DNA of 64,000 bases from Escherichia coli (GTDB taxonomy: Bacteria > Pseudomonadota > Gammaproteobacteria > Enterobacterales > Enterobacteriaceae), in the NCBI RefSeq assembly GCF_009931435.1, contig NZ_CP043414.1; one strand, given 5' to 3'. Each line of letters begins with the position of its first letter. Within the stretch, counting starts at the first letter, position 1. Positions 1 to 8,460 of this stretch are shown one piece after another. A program made the translations under genes and the position numbers. Below the pieces are notes generated by a model that did no database searches, was not told the origin of the DNA, and saw only the letters and a program-made list of their open reading frames with translations.

Positions 1-893
1 GCGATATGCTCACGGATACCCTGCTGTCAACGGAGGGTGCGCCACACTATCCGGGAATGACTCACCGGCATCAGCTTGCTGACACCGTGGTAAACGGTTT
101 TTCTGCCGATCCACTCCAGGCACTTCAGTCCGAAAGCCTGATTACCGCGGGCGATCCGCTTTCAGGCATTGCGGCTGTCCGGCCATCGGCACCGCTGTCC
201 GATCCGGCAAGTAATGGGGGGATCAATACGCCGTTTATGGATCTGCCGCCCATTTATGCCAGCCCCGGCGAGCGTAATGATGACGTCTCTGTGGCAGAAA
301 TGGCGCAACGCCACCTTGCGGTCACCCCCTTACTGCGCGGCCTTGGCGGCTCGCTTACCGTGAGCAATTCCGACGATGCGGATGATTTTCTGGAGGAGGC
401 CGGACGCACGTTACAGGCCGCAATAAAAGGTCTGCTTGATTTGCAGCAGCAGCGTAACAGCCTCTCAGACAAACATTTGCGCCCGCTGGAAGATAACCCG
501 CTGCGCCTGAACATGGATTACGCCACCGCGCTCGACGTGATGTTTGCCGAAGGTAAAAGTCCGGTACATCTGGCGGCTCCCGCCGCTGTCAGTGAAAGCC
601 TGCGCAATGTCCGCCACCACGAAGAAGCTAACCGGGCGGCGATTGTGGAGTCGCTTCGTGTCCTGCTGGACGCCTTCTCACCACAAAATCTGCTGCGCCG
701 CTTTGTGCAGTACCGCCGCAGCCATGAACTGCGCCAGCCGCTGGATGATGCCGGAGCATGGCAAATGTACAGCCATTATTACGAAGAGCTGGCCTCTGAT
801 CGCCAGCAGGGGTTTGAGATGCTGTTTAACGAGGTCTACGCCCAGGTCTATGACCGGGTGCTTCGTGAAAAACAGCGGGAGCCGGAAGCATGA
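1..893 (+). CDS. T6SS cluster protein, 5'-truncated by the window edge; possibly the C-terminal part of an FHA-domain TagH-like protein
   Basis: Open frame runs to the window start and ends in an ATGA overlap with the next gene at 890-893. Position is immediately upstream of tssJ, as fha is in Vibrio-type vas clusters. No diagnostic motif lies in the visible part, so identity is inferred from context only. Confidence 0.4.
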   Translation, partial: DMLTDTLLSTEGAPHYPGMTHRHQLADTVVNGFSADPLQALQSESLITAGDPLSGIAAVRPSAPLSDPASNGGINTPFMDLPPIYASPGERNDDVSVAEMAQRHLAVTPLLRGLGGSLTVSNSDDADDFLEEAGRTLQAAIKGLLDLQQQRNSLSDKHLRPLEDNPLRLNMDYATALDVMFAEGKSPVHLAAPAAVSESLRNVRHHEEANRAAIVESLRVLLDAFSPQNLLRRFVQYRRSHELRQPLDDAGAWQMYSHYYEELASDRQQGFEMLFNEVYAQVYDRVLREKQREPEA

Positions 894-1414
894 ACAGGAA
901 GGCGTTTCTGGCCTGCGTGCTGATGTGCGTCATATTAACCGGCTGCGAAACGGCGAAAAAAATCAGCGAGGTGATCAAAAACCCGGATATCCAGGTCGGG
1001 AGCCTGAAGGAGCAACCTTCGGAAATAACCGTCACCCTGCTGACTGAACCGGACACTAATACCAATGCGGAGGGTGAATCAGCCGCCGTGGATGTGCAAC
1101 TGGTGTACCTGACGGACGACTCAAAATTGCAGGCAGCCGACTATGACCAGATAGCCAGTACGCCGCTACCGGATGTGCTGGGTAAAAACTATATCGACCA
1201 CCAGGATTTCAACCTGTTGCCGGACACCATCAAAACCCTGCCGCTGGTAAAGCTGGATGAGAAAACGCAGTTTATTGGTGTCGTGGCCTATTTCTCCGAT
1301 GACCAGGCCACGGAATGGAAACAAATCGAGACGGTGGAAGGAACCGGCCACCATTACCGCCTGCTGGTGCATGTACGTCAAAGCAGCATCGAAATGAAAA
1401 AAGAGGATGAATAA
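890..1414 (+). CDS. tssJ: T6SS outer-membrane lipoprotein TssJ
   Basis: 174 aa with signal peptide and lipobox (LTGC) at the N-terminus; size and position directly upstream of tssK-tssL fit TssJ; 4-nt overlap with the upstream gene. Confidence 0.75.
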   Translation: MNRKAFLACVLMCVILTGCETAKKISEVIKNPDIQVGSLKEQPSEITVTLLTEPDTNTNAEGESAAVDVQLVYLTDDSKLQAADYDQIASTPLPDVLGKNYIDHQDFNLLPDTIKTLPLVKLDEKTQFIGVVAYFSDDQATEWKQIETVEGTGHHYRLLVHVRQSSIEMKKEDE

Positions 1415-1416
1415 GT

Positions 1417-2748
1417 ATGGCAACCACCCGCAACAAGGTGATGTGGCAGGAAGGGATGCTGATGCGCCCACACCATTTCCAGCAACAGCAGCGTTACAAC
1501 GACTACCTGGATAACCAGCGTTTCCGGGCCATGAATGATTTATCCTGGGGATTTACCGAACTCACCCTCAACAATGAACTGCTGGCGCAGGGTAAGATCA
1601 TGATTGACAGCGCGTCAGGCACACTGCCCGACGGCACCGTCTTTTCTATCCCCGACCAGGACGCACTGCCCGATCCGCTGCACCCGCAAAATTTTCCGGA
1701 CGAAAGAAGCCGCAATATCTACCTCGCTCTGCCGGTCGCCAGTGATGTGAGAAATGAAATCAGCGACGGGCGGCGAATCGGGCGTTACCGGCTGAATTAT
1801 GCCGATGTCCGGGATTTGCATTCAGAAGAAGGCGACGCGCGAACACTGACGCTGGGACAACTGACGCCGCGCATTATGAGCGGTGCAGAAGATATGAGCG
1901 CCTATATCACGCTCCCGCTTTGCCGTATCAGCGATCGCCATGCCGACGGCTCCCTGACGCTGGATGACGATTTTATCCCCTCCTGCCAGAATATTCAGGT
2001 CAGTAAGAAACTGCGTGTTTATCTCAAAGAGGTACAGGGGGCCATTAGCGGACGGGCAAGCGATCTGGCAAACCGTATTGGCTCTCCGGCGCAGAGCGGC
2101 ATCGCGGATGTGGCGGAATTTATGATGTTGCAGTTGCTTAACCGTAACCAGACCCGGTTTACCCATCGCGCCCGCCGATCCCAGCTCCACCCGGAAGATT
2201 TCTACCTTGATCTTGCCGGGTTGCTGGGTGAACTGATGACCTTTACCGAGCCGTCGCGCCTGCCCTGCCCGCTTGATGTGTATGATCATCATGACCTGAC
2301 CAAAACATTTAAAACACTGTTACCGGAAGTCAAACGGGCGCTGCATACCGTACTGTCGCCAAGAGCCGTCAATCTGCCGCTGCATCTGCGTGACGGTATC
2401 TGGCAGGCCGATATCCATGACTCGGAACTGCTGCAATCTGCCACCTTTGTGCTGGCCGTGGCGGCAAATATGCCGGTCGATCAGATCCAGCGCCAGTTTA
2501 TCCAGCAGTCGAAAATTTCCTCGCCGGAAAAAATCCGCAATATGGTCAGTGTGCAGATCCCCGGCATTCCATTGCGTGCCCTGATGGTGGCTCCCCGTCA
2601 GCTTCCCTACCATTCCGGGTTCAGCTATTTCGAACTCGACAAGAGCGGACAGTCCTGGACAGAAATGGCTGCCGCCGGGGGCGTTGCGCTGCATGTATCC
2701 GGCAGTTTCCCGGATCTGAACATGCAACTGTGGGCGATAAGAGGGTAA
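1417..2748 (+). CDS. tssK: T6SS baseplate protein TssK
   Basis: 443 aa; N-terminus (NKVMWQEGMLMRPHHFQQQQRY) matches the conserved TssK N-terminal signature; purine-rich RBS upstream. Confidence 0.85.
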   Translation: MATTRNKVMWQEGMLMRPHHFQQQQRYNDYLDNQRFRAMNDLSWGFTELTLNNELLAQGKIMIDSASGTLPDGTVFSIPDQDALPDPLHPQNFPDERSRNIYLALPVASDVRNEISDGRRIGRYRLNYADVRDLHSEEGDARTLTLGQLTPRIMSGAEDMSAYITLPLCRISDRHADGSLTLDDDFIPSCQNIQVSKKLRVYLKEVQGAISGRASDLANRIGSPAQSGIADVAEFMMLQLLNRNQTRFTHRARRSQLHPEDFYLDLAGLLGELMTFTEPSRLPCPLDVYDHHDLTKTFKTLLPEVKRALHTVLSPRAVNLPLHLRDGIWQADIHDSELLQSATFVLAVAANMPVDQIQRQFIQQSKISSPEKIRNMVSVQIPGIPLRALMVAPRQLPYHSGFSYFELDKSGQSWTEMAAAGGVALHVSGSFPDLNMQLWAIRG

Positions 2749-2752
2749 GACG

Positions 2753-3514
2753 ATGGATGAGGGGTCACTGTCTCTGCCACCATTTACCGGATACGACGAA
2801 AAAAGCCAGCGCGACTATCATCTCGCGCTTCGTGGCAACAGCCTGAATCCGATGATCGACGCAGCCACGCCACTCCTCGGTATGGTGATGCGCCTTTCAA
2901 CCATGAACAGCCAGACGATGCCGGAGCATCTTTTTGCACAGGTGGTGACGGATGTTCAGGCCGTGGAGCAACTGCTTCAGGAGCAGGGCTACGAACCGGG
3001 CGTGATTATCTCGTTTCGCTACATCCTCTGCACATTTATTGATGAAGCGGCGCTCGGTAACGGCTGGTCGAACAAGAACGAGTGGATCAAACAGTCATTG
3101 CTGGTCCATTTCCACAACGAAGCCTGGGGTGGCGAGAAAGTTTTCATCCTGCTGGAGCGCCTGATCCGTGAACCCAAACGTTACCAGGATCTGCTGGAAT
3201 TTCTCTGGCTCTGTTTTTCTCTGGGATTTCGCGGGCGCTACAAAGTGGCAGCACAGGATCAGGGGGAATTTGAGCAGATCTACCGCCGCCTGTACCACGT
3301 TCTGCATAAACTGCGCGGCGATGCCCCTTTCCCGCTGTTACACCAGGACAAAAAAACCCAGGGCGGGCGTTATCAGCTCATCAGTCGCCTGACCATTAAA
3401 CATATTTTTTGTGGTGGCGTTGTCGTGCTGGCGTTGTTTTACCTGTTCTATCTGTTGCGGCTGGACAGCCAGACGCAGGACATCCTGCACCAGCTAAACA
3501 AATTACTTCGATAA
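2753..3514 (+). CDS. tssL: T6SS membrane-complex protein TssL (DotU family)
   Basis: 253 aa with a single C-terminal hydrophobic helix (GGVVVLALFYLFYLL), typical DotU/TssL architecture; follows tssK. Confidence 0.8.
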   Translation: MDEGSLSLPPFTGYDEKSQRDYHLALRGNSLNPMIDAATPLLGMVMRLSTMNSQTMPEHLFAQVVTDVQAVEQLLQEQGYEPGVIISFRYILCTFIDEAALGNGWSNKNEWIKQSLLVHFHNEAWGGEKVFILLERLIREPKRYQDLLEFLWLCFSLGFRGRYKVAAQDQGEFEQIYRRLYHVLHKLRGDAPFPLLHQDKKTQGGRYQLISRLTIKHIFCGGVVVLALFYLFYLLRLDSQTQDILHQLNKLLR

Positions 3515-3522
3515 GGACGTTT

Positions 3523-6282
3523 ATGATCCAGATTGATCTTCCCACGCTGGTAAAACGGCTTAACCTGTTCTCCCGCCAGGCGCTGGAGATGGCCGCCTCT
3601 GAATGTATGAGCCAGCAGGCAGCGGAAATTACCGTCAGCCATGTGCTTATTCAGATGCTCGCCATGCCACGCAGTGACCTGCGGGTTATTACCCGCCAGG
3701 GCGATATTGGCATGGAAGAGTTGCGCCAGGCGCTGACGGTGGAGAACTACACAACCGCCCGTTCTGCGGACAGCTACCCGGCGTTTTCCCCGATGCTGGT
3801 TGAGTGGCTGAAAGAGGGCTGGCTGCTGGCGTCGGCTGAGATGCAGCACAGCGAACTGCGCGGCGGCGTGTTGCTGCTGGCCCTGCTGCATTCGCCGCTG
3901 CGTTATATACCGTCTGCTGCCGCCCGGCTGTTGACCGGCATTAACCGTGACCGTCTGCAACAGGACTTTGTGCAGTGGACACAGGAGTCGACGGAATCAG
4001 TCGTGCCGGATGCAGACGGTAAAGGCGCAGGCACACTGACGGATGCTGCTGACACCCAGCTTGCCCGCTACGCCAAAAACATGACCGAAGATGCCCGTAA
4101 CGGCAGGCTTGACCCGGTACTGTGCCGCGACCACGAAATCGACCTGATGATCGACATTCTCTGCCGCCGCCGTAAAAATAACCCGGTGGTGGTGGGCGAA
4201 GCAGGCGTGGGTAAAAGCGCGCTGATTGAAGGGCTGGCGCTGCGCATCGTGGCAGGCCAGGTGCCGGACAAACTGAAAAACACCGATATCATGACCCTTG
4301 ACCTGGGCGCATTGCAGGCCGGGGCATCGGTGAAGGGCGAGTTTGAAAAACGCTTCAAGGGGCTGATGGCGGAGGTCATTTCCTCCCCGGTGCCAGTCAT
4401 TCTGTTTATCGACGAAGCGCATACCCTGATTGGGGCGGGCAACCAGCAGGGCGGGCTGGATATCTCCAACCTGCTCAAACCGGCGCTGGCGCGCGGCGAG
4501 CTGAAAACCATCGCCGCCACCACCTGGAGCGAGTACAAAAAATACTTCGAGAAAGACGCTGCCCTGTCGCGCCGCTTCCAGTTGGTGAAGGTCAGCGAAC
4601 CCAACGCCGCCGAAGCCACCATTATTCTGCGTGGTCTGTCGGCGGTCTATGAACAGTCTCACGGCGTACTGATTGATGATGACGCCTTGCAGGCCGCTGC
4701 GACATTAAGTGAGCGTTATCTCTCCGGGCGTCAGTTGCCGGACAAAGCGATTGATGTGCTGGATACGGCCTGCGCCCGCGTGGCAATCAACCTGTCATCG
4801 CCACCAAAGCAAATCTCAGCGCTGACCACCCTGAGCCACCAGCAGGAGGCGGAAATTCGCCAGCTTGAGCGCGAGCTTCGCATCGGGCTGCGTACCGACA
4901 CCTCGCGGATGACGGAGGTGCTGGTGCAGTATGATGAAACGCTGACGGCGCTGGACGAACTGGAAGCCGCCTGGCATCAGCAACAGACGCTGGTACAGGA
5001 AATTATCGCGCTGCGCCAGCAGTTGCTGGGTATGGCAGAAGACGATGCGGCGTCGTTGCCGGACGCAGATGCCGTGGGGGATATGCCGTCGGAGTCAGAG
5101 CAGGATAATACCGGTGCCGCACCGGCTGATGAAGCTGGCAGCGCACAGCCGGAAGAAACCGCTGAAACAGTTTCCCCGGTACAACGGCTGGCACAGCTTA
5201 CTGCCGAACTGGACGCCCTGCATAACGACCGGTTGCTGGTCTCCCCGCACGTCGATAAAAAACAGATTGCGGCGGTGATTGCCGAATGGACCGGCGTGCC
5301 GCTTAACCGCCTGTCGCAGAATGAAATGTCGGTCATCACCGACCTGCCAGTATGGCTGGGCGACACCATCAAAGGCCAGGACCTGGCGATTGCCAGCCTG
5401 CATAAACATCTGCTGACCGCACGCGCCGACCTGCGCCGTCCGGGACGCCCGCTTGGCGCGTTCCTGCTGGCTGGCCCCAGCGGCGTGGGTAAAACCGAAA
5501 CCGTCCTGCAACTGGCAGAGCTTCTCTACGGTGGTCGCCAGTACCTGACCACCATCAATATGTCCGAGTTCCAGGAGAAGCACACCGTCTCGCGGCTGAT
5601 TGGTTCCCCTCCGGGCTATGTCGGCTATGGTGAAGGCGGCGTGCTGACCGAAGCCATCCGCCAGAAACCCTACTCAGTGGTGCTCCTCGATGAAGTGGAA
5701 AAAGCGCACCCGGATGTGCTCAACCTGTTCTACCAGGCGTTTGACAAGGGCGAGATGGCAGACGGCGAAGGCCGCCTGATTGACTGTAAAAACATCGTCT
5801 TCTTCCTCACCTCCAACCTTGGCTACCAGGTGATTGTCGAACACGCCGATGACCCGGAGACCATGCAGGAAGCCCTCTATCCGATGCTGGCGGACTTCTT
5901 TAAACCTGCCCTGTTGGCGCGTATGGAAGTGGTGCCGTACCTGCCTCTGTCGAAAGAGACGCTCGCCACCATTATTGCCGGGAAACTCACCCGTCTGGAT
6001 AACGTGCTGCGCAGTCGCTTTGGTGCGGAAGTGATTATTGAGCCGGAAGTGACGGACGAAATTATGAGCCGCGTCACCCGAGCGGAAAACGGCGCAAGGA
6101 TGCTCGAATCAGTCATCGACGGCAACATGCTGCCGCCGCTCTCGCTGCTGCTGTTGCAGAAGATGGCAGCCAACACGGCGATTGCCCGGATTCGTCTGTC
6201 GGCGGCAGACGGTGCATTCACAGCAGACGTGGAAGATGCTCAGGACGACGAGTCCGTCACAGAGGATGAAACGGTTTTATGA
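3523..6282 (+). CDS. clpV: T6SS AAA+ ATPase ClpV (TssH)
   Basis: Two AAA+ modules with Walker A motifs GEAGVGKS and GPSGVGKT and ClpB-like architecture. Start placed at ATG 3523 (MIQIDLPTLVKRLN), downstream of the tssL stop; the ORF-track start at 3409 overlaps tssL and is rejected. Confidence 0.9.
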   Translation: MIQIDLPTLVKRLNLFSRQALEMAASECMSQQAAEITVSHVLIQMLAMPRSDLRVITRQGDIGMEELRQALTVENYTTARSADSYPAFSPMLVEWLKEGWLLASAEMQHSELRGGVLLLALLHSPLRYIPSAAARLLTGINRDRLQQDFVQWTQESTESVVPDADGKGAGTLTDAADTQLARYAKNMTEDARNGRLDPVLCRDHEIDLMIDILCRRRKNNPVVVGEAGVGKSALIEGLALRIVAGQVPDKLKNTDIMTLDLGALQAGASVKGEFEKRFKGLMAEVISSPVPVILFIDEAHTLIGAGNQQGGLDISNLLKPALARGELKTIAATTWSEYKKYFEKDAALSRRFQLVKVSEPNAAEATIILRGLSAVYEQSHGVLIDDDALQAAATLSERYLSGRQLPDKAIDVLDTACARVAINLSSPPKQISALTTLSHQQEAEIRQLERELRIGLRTDTSRMTEVLVQYDETLTALDELEAAWHQQQTLVQEIIALRQQLLGMAEDDAASLPDADAVGDMPSESEQDNTGAAPADEAGSAQPEETAETVSPVQRLAQLTAELDALHNDRLLVSPHVDKKQIAAVIAEWTGVPLNRLSQNEMSVITDLPVWLGDTIKGQDLAIASLHKHLLTARADLRRPGRPLGAFLLAGPSGVGKTETVLQLAELLYGGRQYLTTINMSEFQEKHTVSRLIGSPPGYVGYGEGGVLTEAIRQKPYSVVLLDEVEKAHPDVLNLFYQAFDKGEMADGEGRLIDCKNIVFFLTSNLGYQVIVEHADDPETMQEALYPMLADFFKPALLARMEVVPYLPLSKETLATIIAGKLTRLDNVLRSRFGAEVIIEPEVTDEIMSRVTRAENGARMLESVIDGNMLPPLSLLLLQKMAANTAIARIRLSAADGAFTADVEDAQDDESVTEDETVL

Positions 6283-7022
6283 GCAGGTTGCGCGTTTTCC
6301 GGCAGACAGGATGGTTTATCGCGGGCCTGATGGCGGGCTTACCCGCCAGTGCCGCGCCCGCAGAAACATCGTCAGTGGCCGGTGTGGCGGTAGCTGTCGC
6401 CACAGCGACACCGCCGGATGCGACAGCCACGTTACAGGCCATGCGGTCCTGTCGCCAGGAGACGGCGGCGCTGGAGCGGCTTGACTGCTATGACCGCCTG
6501 CTGGCACCCCTTTCTCCGTCAGGGTTTGACGGGGCGCTGGTCAAAGCCGGTTTTGTGGGCGAGGCCTGGACCCGCGCCACAGAGCAGGAAAAACGCCGCC
6601 AGGGCAACACCACAGAGCTGCTGGTGACGCAGGTGCCGGGAGAACGCCCGACGGTGGTGGTAACCACCCCGGCTATCGGCCATGTTCCGCCTCGCCCGGT
6701 GCTGATGTTCAGCTGTGTGGACAATATCACCCGGATGCAGGTGGCGCTGGTGCACCCTCTGGATGTCCATGATATCGCCGTCACCCTGAATGCCGACAGC
6801 CGGGTATTGCGCAGCCACTGGTTTGTGCGCGAGAACGGCACCCTGCTGGAGTCCAGCCGGGGGCTGTCCGGGATTGATGAAATTAAGCAACTGTTCGGCG
6901 CAAAAACGCTGACGGTGGATACCGGCGCAGATAACGCCGCCGGAAAGCTGACCTTTAACATTGACGGGCTAGCAAGGGCGATTGCCCCCCTGCGCGATGC
7001 CTGCCACTGGGCGGGAGAATAA
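6279..7022 (+). CDS. T6SS-associated secreted/periplasmic protein, VasI-like
   Basis: 247 aa with N-terminal signal peptide; occupies the vasI position between clpV and tssA; ATGA start/stop overlap with clpV. Confidence 0.55.
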   Translation: MSRLRVFRQTGWFIAGLMAGLPASAAPAETSSVAGVAVAVATATPPDATATLQAMRSCRQETAALERLDCYDRLLAPLSPSGFDGALVKAGFVGEAWTRATEQEKRRQGNTTELLVTQVPGERPTVVVTTPAIGHVPPRPVLMFSCVDNITRMQVALVHPLDVHDIAVTLNADSRVLRSHWFVRENGTLLESSRGLSGIDEIKQLFGAKTLTVDTGADNAAGKLTFNIDGLARAIAPLRDACHWAGE

Positions 7023-7026
7023 AAAT

Positions 7027-8442
7027 ATGGCAATGGACTTACGCGATCCGAATGTCTGGATATCGCACCTGCTGGAAAACCTGCCGGAAGAGAAACTGGC
7101 ATCGGCGCTGAAAGATGACAACCCGGACTGGGAGTATATCGACGGCGAAATCGTCAAACTGGGTTCACTGGCCCACAGCCAACTGGATATCCCGGAACTC
7201 CAGCGCCGGGGGCTGGTCATTCTGGCTTCGGAGAGTAAGGATTTTCGTCTGCTGGCACACCTGCTCAGAACCCTGCAACATGCCGGTGATCCACTGCTGG
7301 CACTGCGCCTGCTGGCGCTATACGTGGAACATTACTGGACTGTGGCCGCGCCGCAGAATATGGCGCATAAAAAACGCTTTGCCAGCCAGATCATTAAACG
7401 TTTTGAAACGGGTATTGAAGGCTTTTCACAGAACGCCGCCACCGCGCAGCGCGATGCACTATTAGGTGAACTGGCGAAACTGGCGCAGTGCTGGCAGTCA
7501 CATAACGCCCCGGAACTGGCAGAGGCTACTGATGATCTTTTTGCCCTGTACCAGCGTGCGTTTAATCGTGCGGCACCGGCTCCTGCCCACACTCCGGCGG
7601 CCTCCGGTAGTTCACCACAGACCACCGCCACGTCTGAAAGCGGCGTGACGCAAACCAGTGCTCCGGCTCCACAGATCGCCATCGACAGTCACGACGACAA
7701 AGCCTGGCGCGACACGCTGTTAAAAGTGGCGGCCATTTTATGTGAACGCCAGCCGGACTCGCCGCAGGGCTATCGCCTGCGCCGCCATGCCCTGTGGCAA
7801 TCCATCACCAGTACGCCCCAGGCGGAAAGCGATGGACGCCCCCCACTGGCTGCGGTCTCCGCCGATATGGTGGCAGATTACCATGCTCAGCTCGGTAGTG
7901 CCGATATGGCGCTGTGGCAGCAGGTGGAAAAAAGCGTACTGCTGGCACCCTACTGGCTGGACGGTCACTGCATTTCTGCACAGACGGCGCACCGTCTTGG
8001 CTATACCGCCGTGGCCGATGCCATCCGCGATGAAGTCGTTTCCTTTCTTGGCCGTCTGCCCGCGCTCGCTGATCTTCTGTTTAACGACCACACACCGTTT
8101 GTTTCTGAAAAAACGAAGCAATGGCTTGCAACTCAGCCAGGTAACCAGGCCGCGCCAGTCATACAGGTGAGTAATGAAGATATTCAGGCTGCGCGGTTGT
8201 GTTTTGATGAACAGGGGCTGGAAGCCGCCTTACGGTATCTGGATACGTTGCCCGCCGGTGAACCCCGCGACCAGTTTCACCGGCAGTATTTTGGCGCGCA
8301 GCTTATGGAAGAGGCGGGGCTGGTACAGCTTGCGCAGCAGCAGTACCGGATGTTGTTCAGGATGGGATTGCAGATGATGGTGGCAGACTGGGAGCCGTCC
8401 CTGCTTGAGCAGCTAGAACAAAAATTCACGGCAGAACAATAA
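7027..8442 (+). CDS. tssA: T6SS protein TssA (VasJ-type, ImpA N-terminal domain family)
   Basis: About 471 aa from ATG 7027 (MAMDLRDPNVW); sits at the vasJ position upstream of tssM; N-terminal region resembles the ImpA-N domain. Family assignment is by context and general resemblance. Confidence 0.65.
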   Translation: MAMDLRDPNVWISHLLENLPEEKLASALKDDNPDWEYIDGEIVKLGSLAHSQLDIPELQRRGLVILASESKDFRLLAHLLRTLQHAGDPLLALRLLALYVEHYWTVAAPQNMAHKKRFASQIIKRFETGIEGFSQNAATAQRDALLGELAKLAQCWQSHNAPELAEATDDLFALYQRAFNRAAPAPAHTPAASGSSPQTTATSESGVTQTSAPAPQIAIDSHDDKAWRDTLLKVAAILCERQPDSPQGYRLRRHALWQSITSTPQAESDGRPPLAAVSADMVADYHAQLGSADMALWQQVEKSVLLAPYWLDGHCISAQTAHRLGYTAVADAIRDEVVSFLGRLPALADLLFNDHTPFVSEKTKQWLATQPGNQAAPVIQVSNEDIQAARLCFDEQGLEAALRYLDTLPAGEPRDQFHRQYFGAQLMEEAGLVQLAQQQYRMLFRMGLQMMVADWEPSLLEQLEQKFTAEQ

Positions 8443-8460
8443 AAGAGAACAGGAGTTTTT

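Noticed and set aside
3409-3522. Upstream extension of the clpV ORF overlapping the end of tssL
   Set aside because: The extension has no RBS and overlaps tssL by over 100 nt; the ATG at 3523 sits just after the tssL stop and gives a canonical ClpV N-terminus.
3997-4662. 221-aa and 184-aa minus-strand ORFs inside clpV
   Set aside because: Antisense to the clpV frame, which carries the Walker motifs; no RBS and no independent support.
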